Positions 51,461-64,000 of a stretch of 64,000 nt of DNA are shown here, in pieces. Numbering within the stretch: position 1 is the first letter of the stretch; each line of letters begins with the position of its first letter. The notes beneath the pieces were generated by a model. The model saw nothing but the letters and a program-made list of their open reading frames with translations, did no database searches and was not told the origin of the DNA. The translations under genes and the position numbers were made by a program. Origin of the DNA: Eledone cirrhosa (Eukaryota); assembly GCA_964016885.1 (NCBI GenBank), contig OZ024744.1, positions 118,048,001 through 118,112,000 on the forward strand. The letters are read 5' to 3'.

Positions 51461-54400
51461 TAGACATGGGTATTGAATGTAGAGGATGTGTGAAGGGTAG
51501 ATTGTATGATGTCTGTGTTACATAGTAGTGAGACATGGGTAGTTAATGTAGAGGATGTGTGAAGGGTAGATTGTATGATGTCTGTGTACGTTACATGGTA
51601 GAGAGATATGGGTAGTTAATGTAGAGGATGTGTGAAGGGTAGATTGTATGATGTCTGTGTATGTTACATGGTGGTGAGCCATGGGTAGTTAATGTAGAGG
51701 ATGTGTGAAGGCTAGATTGTATGATGTCTGTGTTACATGGTAGTGTGACATGGGTAGTTAATGTAGAGGATGTGTGAAGGCTAGATTGTATGATGTCTGT
51801 GTTACATGGTAGTGTGACATGGGTAGTTAATGTAGAGGATGTGTGAAGGGTAGATTGTATGATGTCTGTGTATGTTACATGGTAGTGAGCCATGGGTAGT
51901 TAATGTAGAGGATGTGTGAAGGGTAGATTGTATGATGTCTGTGTTACATGGTAGTGAGACATGGGTAGTTAATGTAGAGGATGTGTGAAGGGTAGATTGT
52001 ATGATGTCTGTGTATGTTACATGGTAGTGAGCCATGGGTAGTTAATGTAGAGGATGTGTGAATGGTAGATTGTATGATATCTGTGTTACATGGTAGAAAG
52101 ACATGGGTATTGAATGTAGAGGATGGGTGAAGGGTAGATTGTATGATGTCTGTGTTACGAGTTAGTAAGACATGGTTAATGAACGTAGAGAATGTGTGAA
52201 GGGTAGATTGTACGATGTCTGTGTTACATGGTAGTGAGACATGGGTAGTTAATGTAGAGGATATGTGAAAGGTAGATTGTATGATGTCTGTGTATGTTAC
52301 ATGGTAGTGTGAAATGGATATTGAATGTAGAGGATGTGTGAAGGGTAAATTATATGATGTCTGTGTTACAAGGTAGTGAGACATGGGTAGTTAATGTAGA
52401 GGATATGTGAAGGGTAGATTGTATGATGTCTGTGTATGTTACATGGTAGTGTGACATGGGTATTGAATGTAGAGGATATGTGAAGGGTAGATTGTATGAT
52501 GTCTGTGTATGTTACATGGTAGTGAGACATGGGTATTGAATGTAGAGGATATGTGAAGGGTAGATTGCATGATGTCTGTGTATGTTACATGGTAGAGAGT
52601 AATGGGTAGTTAATGTAGAGGATGTGTGAAGGGTAGATTGAATGATGTCTGTGTATGTTACATGGTAGAGAGACATGGGTAGTTAATGTAGAGGATGTGT
52701 GAAGGGTAGATTGTATGATGTCTGTGTATATTACATGGTAGTGAGACATGGGTATTGAATGTAGAGGATATGTGAAGGGTAGATTGTATGATGTCTGTGT
52801 TACATGGTAGTGAGACATGGGTAGTTAATGTAGAGGATATGTGAAGGGTAGATTGTATGATGTCTGTGTTACATGGTAGTGAGACATGGGTAGTTAATGT
52901 ACAGGATGTGTGAAGGGTAGATTGTATGATGTCTGTGTATGTTACATGGCAGAGAGGCATGGGTAGGTAATGTAGAGGATGTGTGAAGGGTAGATTGTAT
53001 GATGTCTGTGTATGTTACATGGTAGAGAGACATGGGTAGTTAATGTAGAGGATGTGTGAAGATAGATTGTATGATGTCTGTGTATGTTACAGGGTAGAGA
53101 GACATGGGTAGTTAATGTAGAGGATGTGTGAAGGGTAGATTGTATGATGTCTGTGTATGTTACATGGTAGAGAGATATGGGTAGTTAATGTAGAGGATGT
53201 GTGAATGGTAGATTGTATGATGTCTGTGTATGTTACATGGTAGTGAGCCATGGGTATTGAAAGTAGAGGATGTGTGAAGGGTAGATTGTATGATATCTCT
53301 GTATGTTACATGGTAGAGAGACATGGGTAGTTAATGTAGAGGATGTGTGAATGGTAGCTTGTATGATGTCTGTGTTACATGGTAGTGAGACATGGGTAGT
53401 TAATATAGAGGATGTGTGAAGGGTAGATTGTATGATGTCTGTGTTACAAGGTAGTGAGACATGGATATTGAATGTAGAGGATGTGTGAAGGGTAGATTGT
53501 ATGATGTCTGTGTTACAAGGTAGTGAGACATGGATATTGAATGTAGAGGATGTGTGAATGGTAGATTGTATGATGTCTGTGTATGTTACATGGTAGTGAG
53601 ACATGGGTAGTTAATGTAGAGGATGTGTGAAGGGTAGATTGTATGATGTCTGTGTATGTTACATGGTAGAGAGTAATGGGTAGTTAATGTAGAGGATGTG
53701 TGAAGGGTAGATTGAATGATGTCTGTGTATGTTACATGGTAGAGAGACATGGGTAGTTAATGTAGAGGATGTGTGAAGGGTAGATTGTATGATGTCTGTG
53801 TATATTACATGGTAGTGAGACATGGGTATTGAATGTAGAGGATATGTGAAGGGTAGATTGTATGATGTCTGTGTTACATGGTAGTGAGACATGGGTAGTT
53901 AATGTACAGGATGTGTGAAGGGTAGATTGTATGATGTCTGTGTATGTTACATGGCAGAGAGGCATGGGTAGGTAATGTAGAGGATGTGTGAATGGTAGAT
54001 TGTATGATGTCTGTGTATGTTACATGGTAGAGAGACATGGGTAGTTAATGTAGAGGATGTGTGAAGATAGATTGTATGATGTCTGTGTATGTTACATGGT
54101 AGAGAGACATGGGTAGTTAATGTAGAGGATGTGTGAAGGGTAGATTGTATGATGTCTGTGTATGTTACATGGTAGAGAGATATGGGTAGTTAATGTAGAG
54201 GATGTGTGAATGGTAGATTGTATGATGTCTGTGTATGTTACATGGTTGTGAGCCATAGGTATTGAAAGTAGAGGATGTGTGAAGGGTAGATTGTATGATA
54301 TCTCTGTATGTTACATGGTAGAGAGACATGGGTAGTTAATGTAGAGGATGTGTGAATGGTAGCTTGTACGATGTCTGTGTTACATGGTAGTGAGACATGG

Positions 54401-57400
54401 GTAGTTAATGTAGAGGATATGTGAAAGGTAGATTGTATGATGTCTGTGTATGTTACATGGTAGTGTGAAATGGATATTGAATGTAGAGGATGTGTGAAGG
54501 GTAGATTATATGATGTCTGTGTTACAAGGTAGTGAGACATGGGTAGTTAATGTAGAGGATATGTGAAGGGTAGATTGTATGATGTCTGTGTATGTTACAT
54601 GGTAGTGTGACATGGGTATTGAATGTAGAGGATATGTGAAGGGTAGATTGTATGATGTCTGTGTATGTTACATGGTAGTGAGACATGGGTATTGAATGTA
54701 GAGGATATGTGAAGGGTAGATTGCATGATGTCTGTGTATGTTACATGGTAGAGAGTAATGGGTAGTTAATGTAGAGGATGTGTGAAGGGTAGATTGAATG
54801 ATGTCTGTGTATGTTACATGGTAGAGAGACATGGGTAGTTAATGTAGAGGATGTGTGAAGGGTAGATTGTATGATGTCTGTGTATATTACATGGTAGTGA
54901 GACATGGGTATTGAATGTAGAGGATATGTGAAGGGTAGATTGTATGATGTCTGTGTTACATGGTAGTGAGACATGGGTAGTTAATGTAGAGGATATGTGA
55001 AGGGTAGATTGTATGATGTCTGTGTATGTTACATGGTAGTGTGACATGGGTATTGAATGTAGAGGATATGTGAAGGGTAGATTGTATGATGTCTGTGTAT
55101 GTTACATGGTAGTGAGACATGGGTATTGAATGTAGAGGATATGTGAAGGGTAGATTGTATGATGTCTGTGTATGTTACATGGTAGAGAGTAATGGGTAGT
55201 TAATGTAGAGGATGTGTGAAGGGTAGATTGAATGATGTCTGTGTATGTTACATGGTAGAGAGACATGGGTAGTTAATGTAGAGGATGTGTGAAGGGTAGA
55301 TTGTATGATGTCTGTGTATATTACATGGTAGTGAGACATGGGTATTGAATGTAGAGGATATGTGAAGGGTAGATTGTATGATGTCTGTGTTACATGGTAG
55401 TGAGACATGGGTAGTTAATGTACAGGATGTGTGAAGGGTAGATTGTATGATGTCTGTGTATGTTACATGGCAGAGAGGCATGGGTAGGTAATGTAGAGGA
55501 TGTGTGAAGGGTAGATTGTATGATGTCTGTGTATGTTACATGGTAGTGAGACATGGGTATTGAATGTAGAGGATGTGTGAAGATAGATTGTATGATGTCT
55601 GTGTATGTTACATGGTAGAGAGACATGGGTAGTTAATGTAGAGGATGTGTGAATGGTAGATTGTATGATGTCTGTGTATGTTACATGGTAGAGAGACATG
55701 GGTAGTTAATGTAGAGGATGTGTGAAGATAGATTGTATGATGTCTGTGTATGTTACAGGGTAGAGAGACATGGGTAGTTAATGTAGAGGATGTGTGAAGG
55801 GTAGATTGTATGATGTCTGTGTATGTTACATGGTAGAGAGATATGGGTAGTTAATGTAGAGGATGTGTGAATGGTAGATTGTATGATGTCTGTGTATGTT
55901 ACATGGTAGTGAGCCATGGGTATTGAAAGTAGAGGATGTGTGAAGGGTAGATTGTATGATATCTCTGTATGTTACATGGTAGAGAGACATGGGTAGTTAA
56001 TGTAGAGGATGTGTGAATGGTAGCTTGTATGATGTCTGTGTTACATGGTAGTGAGACATGGGTAGTTAATATAGAGGATGTGTGAAGGGTAGATTGTATG
56101 ATGTCTGTGTTACAAGGTAGTGAGACATGGATATTGAATGTAGAGGATGTGTGAAGGGTAGATTGTATGATGTCTGTGTTACAAGGTAGTGAGACATGGA
56201 TATTGAATGTAGAGGATGTGTGAATGGTAGATTGTATGATGTCTGTGTATGTTACATGGTAGTGAGACATGGGTAGTTAATGTAGAGGATGTGTGAAGGG
56301 TAGATTGTATGATGTCTGTGTATGTTACATGGTAGAGAGTAATGGGTAGTTAATGTAGAGGATGTGTGAAGGGTAGATTGAATGATGTCTGTGTATGTTA
56401 CATGGTAGAGAGACATGGGTAGTTAATGTAGAGGATGTGTGAAGGGTAGATTGTATGATGTCTGTGTATATTACATGGTAGTGAGACATGGGTATTGAAT
56501 GTAGAGGATATGTGAAGGGTAGATTGTATGATGTCTGTGTTACATGGTAGTGAGACATGGGTAGTTAATGTACAGGATGTGTGAAGGGTAGATTGTATGA
56601 TGTCTGTGTATGTTACATGGCAGAGAGGCATGGGTAGGTAATGTAGAGGATGTGTGAATGGTAGATTGTATGATGTCTGTGTATGTTACATGGTAGAGAG
56701 ACATGGGTAGTTAATGTAGAGGATGTGTGAAGATAGATTGTATGATGTCTGTGTATGTTACATGGTAGAGAGACATGGGTAGTTAATGTAGAGGATGTGT
56801 GAAGGGTAGATTGTATGATGTCTGTGTATGTTACATGGTAGAGAGATATGGGTAGTTAATGTAGAGGATGTGTGAATGGTAGATTGTATGATGTCTGTGT
56901 ATGTTACATGGTTGTGAGCCATAGGTATTGAAAGTAGAGGATGTGTGAAGGGTAGATTGTATGATATCTCTGTATGTTACATGGTAGAGAGACATGGGTA
57001 GTTAATGTAGAGGATGTGTGAATGGTAGCTTGTATGATGTCTGTGTTACATGGTAGTGAGACATGGGTAGTTAATATAGAGGATGTGTGAAGCGTAGATT
57101 GTATGATGTCTGTGTTACAAGGTAGTGAGACATGGATATTGAATGTAGAGGATGTGTGAAGGGTAGATTGTATGATGTCTGTGTTACAAGGTAGTGAGAC
57201 ATGGATATTGAATGTAGAGGATGTGTGAATGGTAGATTGTATGATGTCTGTGTATGTTACATGGTAGTGAGACATGGGTAGTTAATGTAGAGGATGTGTG
57301 AAAGGTAGATTTGATGATGTCTATGTATGTTCCATGGTAGTGAGACATGGGTAATTAATGTAGAGGATGTGTGAAGGGTAGATTGTATGATGTCTGTGTA

Positions 57401-60400
57401 TGTTACATGGTAGTGTGACATGGGTATTGAATGTAGAGGATATGTGAAGGGTAGATTGTATGATGTCTGTGTATGTTACATGGTAGTGAGACATGGGTAT
57501 TGAATGTAGAGGATATGTGAAGGGTAGATTGTATGATGTCTGTGTATGTTACATGGTAGAGAGACATGGGTAGTTAATGTAGAGGATGTGTGATGGGTAG
57601 ATTGTATGATGTCTGTGTTACATGGTAGTGAGACATGGGTAGTTAATGTAGAGGATGTGTGAAGGCTAGATTGTATGATGTCTGTGTTACATGGTAGTGT
57701 GACATGGGTAGTTAATGTAGAGGATGTGTGAAGGGTAGATTGTATGATGTCTGTATGTTACATGGTAGTGAGACATGGGTAGTTAATGTAGAGGATGTGT
57801 GAAGGGTAGATTGTATGATGTCTGTGTATGTTACATGGTAGTGAGCCATGTGTAGTTAATGTAGAGGATGTGTGAATGGTAGATTGTATGATATCTGTGT
57901 TACATGGTAGAAAGACATGGGTATTGAATGTAGAGGATGGGTGAAGGGTAGATTGTATGATGTCTGTGTTACGAGTTAGTAAGACATGGTTAATGAACGT
58001 AGAGAATGTGTGAAGGGTAGATTGTACGATGTCTGTGTTACATGGTAGTGAGACATGGGTAGTTAATGTAGAGGATATGTGAAAGGTAGATTGTATGATG
58101 TCTGTGTATGTTACATGGTAGTGTGAAATGGATATTGAATGTAGAGGATATGTGAAGGGTAGATTGTATGATGTCTGTGTTACAAGGTAGTGAGACATGG
58201 GTAGTTAATGTAGAGGATATGTGAAGGGTAGATTGTATGATGTCTGTGTATATTACATGGTAGTGAGACATGGGTATTGAATGTAGAGGATATGTGAAGG
58301 GTAGATTGTATGATGTCTGTGTTACATGGTAGTGAGACATGGGTAGTTAATGTAGAGGATATGTGAAGGGTAGATTGTATGATGTCTGTGTATGTTACAT
58401 GGTAGTGTGACATGGGTATTGAATGTAGAGGATATGTGAAGGGTAGATTGTATGATGTCTGTGTATGTTACATGGTAGTGAGACATGGGTATTGAATGTA
58501 GAGGATATGTGAAGGGTAGATTGTATGATGTCTGTGTATGTTACATGGTAGAGAGTAATGGGTAGTTAATGTAGAGGATGTGTGAAGGGTAGATTGAATG
58601 ATGTCTGTGTATGTTACATGGTAGAGAGACATGGGTAGTTAATGTAGAGGATGTGTGAAGGGTAGATTGTATGATGTCTGTGTATATTACATGGTAGTGA
58701 GACATGGGTATTGAATGTAGAGGATATGTGAAGGGTAGATTGTATGATGTCTGTGTTACATGGTAGTGAGACATGGGTAGTTAATGTACAGGATGTGTGA
58801 AGGGTAGATTGTATGATGTCTGTGTATGTTACATGGCAGAGAGGCATGGGTAGGTAATGTAGAGGATGTGTGAAGGGTAGATTGTATGATGTCTGTGTAT
58901 GTTACATGGTAGTGAGACATGGGTATTGAATGTAGAGGATGTGTGAAGATAGATTGTATGATGTCTGTGTATGTTACATGGTAGAGAGACATGGGTAGTT
59001 AATGTAGAGGATGTGTGAATGGTAGATTGTATGATGTCTGTGTATGTTACATGGTAGAGAGACATGGGTAGTTAATGTAGAGGATGTGTGAAGATAGATT
59101 GTATGATGTCTGTGTATGTTACAGGGTAGAGAGACATGGGTAGTTAATGTAGAGGATGTGTGAAGGGTAGATTGTATGATGTCTGTGTATGTTACATGGT
59201 AGAGAGATATGGGTAGTTAATGTAGAGGATGTGTGAATGGTAGATTGTATGATGTCTGTGTATGTTACATGGTAGTGAGCCATGGGTATTGAAAGTAGAG
59301 GATGTGTGAAGGGTAGATTGTATGATATCTCTGTATGTTACATGGTAGAGAGACATGGGTAGTTAATGTAGAGGATGTGTGAATGGTAGCTTGTATGATG
59401 TCTGTGTTACATGGTAGTGAGACATGGGTAGTTAATATAGAGGATGTGTGAAGGGTAGATTGTATGATGTCTGTGTTACAAGGTAGTGAGACATGGATAT
59501 TGAATGTAGAGGATGTGTGAAGGGTAGATTGTATGATGTCTGTGTTACAAGGTAGTGAGACATGGATATTGAATGTAGAGGATGTGTGAATGGTAGATTG
59601 TATGATGTCTGTGTATGTTACATGGTAGAGAGTAATGGGTAGTTAATGTAGAGGATGTGTGAAGGGTAGATTGAATGATGTCTGTGTATGTTACATGGTA
59701 GAGAGACATGGGTAGTTAATGTAGAGGATGTGTGAAGGGTAGATTGTATGATGTCTGTGTATATTACATGGTAGTGAGACATGGGTATTGAATGTAGAGG
59801 ATATGTGAAGGGTAGATTGTATGATGTCTGTGTTACATGGTAGTGAGACATGGGTAGTTAATGTACAGGATGTGTGAAGGGTAGATTGTATGATGTCTGT
59901 GTATGTTACATGGCAGAGAGGCATGGGTAGGTAATGTAGAGGATGTGTGAATGGTAGATTGTATGATGTCTGTGTATGTTACATGGTAGAGAGACATGGG
60001 TAGTTAATGTAGAGGATGTGTGAAGATAGATTGTATGATGTCTGTGTATGTTACATGGTAGAGAGACATGGGTAGTTAATGTAGAGGATGTGTGAAGGGT
60101 AGATTGTATGATGTCTGTGTATGTTACATGGTAGAGAGATATGGGTAGTTAATGTAGAGGATGTGTGAATGGTAGATTGTATGATGTCTGTGTATGTTAC
60201 ATGGTTGTGAGCCATAGGTATTGAAAGTAGAGGATGTGTGAAGGGTAGATTGTATGATATCTCTGTATGTTACATGGTAGAGAGACATGGGTAGTTAATG
60301 TAGAGGATGTGTGAATGGTAGCTTGTATGATGTCTGTGTTACATGGTAGTGAGACATGGGTAGTTAATATAGAGGATGTGTGAAGCGTAGATTGTATGAT

Positions 60401-63400
60401 GTCTGTGTTACAAGGTAGTGAGACATGGATATTGAATGTAGAGGATGTGTGAAGGGTAGATTGTATGATGTCTGTGTTACAAGGTAGTGAGACATGGATA
60501 TTGAATGTAGAGGATGTGTGAATGGTAGATTGTATGATGTCTGTGTATGTTACATGGTAGTGAGACATGGGTAGTTAATGTAGAGGATGTGTGAAAGGTA
60601 GATTTGATGATGTCTATGTATGTTCCATGGTAGTGAGACATGGGTAATTAATGTAGAGGATGTGTGAAGGGTAGATTGTATGATGTCTGTGTATGTTACA
60701 TGGTAGTGTGACATGGGTATTGAATGTAGAGGATATGTGAAGGGTAGATTGTATGATGTCTGTGTATGTTACATGGTAGTGAGACATGGGTATTGAATGT
60801 AGAGGATATGTGAAGGGTAGATTGTATGATGTCTGTGTATGTTACATGGTAGAGAGACATGGGTAGTTAATGTAGAGGATGTGTGATGGGTAGATTGTAT
60901 GATGTCTGTGTTACATGGTAGTGAGACATGGGTAGTTAATGTAGAGGATGTGTGAAGGCTAGATTGTATGATGTCTGTGTTACATGGTAGTGTGACATGG
61001 GTAGTTAATGTAGAGGATGTGTGAAGGGTAGATTGTATGATGTCTGTATGTTACATGGTAGTGAGACATGGGTAGTTAATGTAGAGGATGTGTGAAGGGT
61101 AGATTGTATGATGTCTGTGTATGTTACATGGTAGTGAGCCATGTGTAGTTAATGTAGAGGATGTGTGAATGGTAGATTGTATGATATCTGTGTTACATGG
61201 TAGAAAGACATGGGTATTGAATGTAGAGGATGGGTGAAGGGTAGATTGTATGATGTCTGTGTTACGAGTTAGTAAGACATGGTTAATGAACGTAGAGAAT
61301 GTGTGAAGGGTAGATTGTACGATGTCTGTGTTACATGGTAGTGAGACATGGGTAGTTAATGTAGAGGATATGTGAAAGGTAGATTGTATGATGTCTGTGT
61401 ATGTTACATGGTAGTGTGAAATGGATATTGAATGTAGAGGATGTGTGAAGGGTAGATTATATGATGTCTGTGTTACAAGGTAGTGAGACATGGGTAGTTA
61501 ATGTAGAGGATATGTGAAGGGTAGATTGTATGATGTCTGTGTATGTTACATGGTAGTGTGACATGGGTATTGAATGTAGAGGATATGTGAAGGGTAGATT
61601 GTATGATGTCTGTGTATGTTACATGGTAGAGAGTAATGGGTAGTTAATGTAGAGGATGTGTGAAGGGTAGATTGTATGATGTCTGTGTATGTTACATGGT
61701 AGTGAGACATGGGTATTGAATGTAGAGGATATGTGAAGGGTAGATTGTATGATGTCTGTGTATGTTACATGGTAGAGAGTAATGGGTAGTTAATGTAGAG
61801 GATGTGTGAAGGGTAGATTGTATGATGTCTGTGTATGTTACATGGTAGTGTGACATGGGTATTGAATGTAGAGGATATGTGAAGGGTAGATTGTATGATG
61901 TCTGTGTATGTTACATGGTAGAGAGTAATGGGTAGTTAATGTAGAGGATGTGTGAAGGGTAGATTGTATGATGTCTGTGTATGTTACATGGTAGTGAGAC
62001 ATGGGTATTGAATGTAGAGGATATGTGAAGGGTAGATTGTATGATGTCTGTGTTACATGGTAGTGAGACATGGGTAGTTAATGTAGAGGATATGTGAAGG
62101 GTAGATTGTATGATGTCTGTGTATGTTACATGGTAGAGAGTAATGGGTAGTTAATGTAGAGGATGTGTGAAGGGTAGATTGAATGATGTCTGTGTATGTT
62201 ACATGGTAGAGAGACATGGGTAGTTAATGTAGAGGATGTGTGAAGGGTAGATTGTATGATGTCTGTGTATATTACATGGTAGTGAGACATGGGTATTGAA
62301 TGTAGAGGATATGTGAAGGGTAGATTGTATGATGTCTGTGTTACATGGTAGTGAGACATGGGTAGTTAATGTACAGGATGTGTGAAGGGTAGATTGTATG
62401 ATGTCTGTGTATGTTACATGGCAGAGAGGCATGGGTAGGTAATGTAGAGGATGTGTGAAGGGTAGATTGTATGATGTCTGTGTATGTTACATGGTAGTGA
62501 GACATGGGTATTGAATGTAGAGGATGTGTGAAGATAGATTGTATGATGTCTGTGTATGTTACATGGTAGAGAGACATGGGTAGTTAATGTAGAGGATGTG
62601 TGAATGGTAGATTGTATGATGTCTGTGTATGTTACATGGTAGTGAGACATGGGTAGGTAATGTAGAGGATGTGTGAATGGTAGATTGTATGATGTCTGTG
62701 TATGTTACATGGTAGAGAGACATGGGTAGTTAATGTAGAGGATGTGTGAAGATAGATTGTATGATGTCTGTGTATGTTACATGGTAGAGAGACATGGGTA
62801 GTTAATGTAGAGGATGTGTGAAGGGTAGATTGTATGATGTCTGTGTATGTTACATGGTAGAGAGATATGGGTAGTTAATGTAGAGGATGTGTGAATGGTA
62901 GATTGTATGATGTCTGTGTATGTTACATGGTAGTGAGCCATGGGTATTGAAAGTAGAGGATGTGTGAAGGGTAGATTGTATGATATCTCTGTATGTTACA
63001 TGGTAGAGAGACATGGGTAGTTAATGTAGAGGATGTGTGAATGGTAGCTTGTATGATGTCTGTGTTACATGGTAGTGAGACATGGGTAGTTAATATAGAG
63101 GATGTGTGAAGGGTAGATTGTATGATGTCTGTGTTACAAGGTAGTGAGACATGGATATTGAATGTAGAGGATGTGTGAAGGGTAGATTGTATGATGTCTG
63201 TGTTACAAGGTAGTGAGACATGGATATTGAATGTAGAGGATGTGTGAATGGTAGATTGTATGATGTCTGTGTATGTTACATGGTAGTGAGACATGGGTAG
63301 TTAATGTAGAGGATGTGTGAAGGGTAGATTGTATGATGTCTGTGTATGTTACATGGTAGAGAGTAATGGGTAGTTAATGTAGAGGATGTGTGAAGGGTAG

Positions 63401-64000
63401 ATTGAATGATGTCTGTGTATGTTACATGGTAGAGAGACATGGGTAGTTAATGTAGAGGATGTGTGAAGGGTAGATTGTATGATGTCTGTGTATATTACAT
63501 GGTAGTGAGACATGGGTATTGAATGTAGAGGATATGTGAAGGGTAGATTGTATGATGTCTGTGTTACATGGTAGTGAGACATGGGTAGTTAATGTACAGG
63601 ATGTGTGAAGGGTAGATTGTATGATGTCTGTGTATGTTACATGGCAGAGAGGCATGGGTAGGTAATGTAGAGGATGTGTGAATGGTAGATTGTATGATGT
63701 CTGTGTATGTTACATGGTAGAGAGACATGGGTAGTTAATGTAGAGGATGTGTGAAGATAGATTGTATGATGTCTGTGTATGTTACATGGTAGAGAGACAT
63801 GGGTAGTTAATGTAGAGGATGTGTGAATGGTAGCTTGTATGATGTCTGTGTTACATGGTAGTGAGACATGGGTAGTTAATATAGAGGATGTGTGAAGCGT
63901 AGATTGTATGATGTCTGTGTTACAAGGTAGTGAGACATGGATATTGAATGTAGAGGATGTGTGAAGGGTAGATTGTATGATGTCTGTGTTACAAGGTAGT
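51461..64000 (+). repeat. 69/73-bp tandem array (>170 units), RTE-derived, runs off the window end
   Basis: Unit catggtagtgagacatgggtagttaatgtagaggatgtgtgaagggtagattgtatgatgtctgtg(tatg)tta, encoding KGRLYDVCV and MLHGSETWVVNVEDV. Confidence 0.97.

Noticed and set aside
51591-63655. His/Thr-rich minus-strand ORFs
   Set aside because: They are antisense translations of the RTE-derived 69/73-bp array.
1885-64000. Tandem arrays as CRISPR arrays
   Set aside because: The units are contiguous with no unique spacers, there are no cas genes, and the context is a eukaryotic intron-containing locus.

Overview
This is eukaryotic, AT-rich, repeat-dense DNA. The repeat repertoire resembles cephalopod (Octopus-like) genomes, which is my recollection and not a database result. 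One host gene is supported: a Smaug/SAMD4 RNA-binding translational repressor on the minus strand. Eight phase-compatible GT-AG exons run from 51319 down to 20630 and cover the pre-SAM motif, the SAM domain and the PHAT region. A possible stop-bearing exon lies at 20414-20510, and the N-terminal exons fall beyond 64000. About 60% of the window is tandem arrays with units of 72, 66, 80, 64, 100, 48, 45-47 and 69-73 bp. The rest is decayed transposons: RTE, CR1-like and Tx1/L1-like LINEs, a non-autonomous Helitron, MITEs and SINE pieces. Most ORF-track entries are read-through of repeats. The main observation is that nearly every array traces to a short segment of a transposon, often with the parent element still in place as flanking sequence. 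Two arrays independently amplified the same 'LHGSETW' codons of an RTE LINE. There is no CRISPR array or prokaryotic system.
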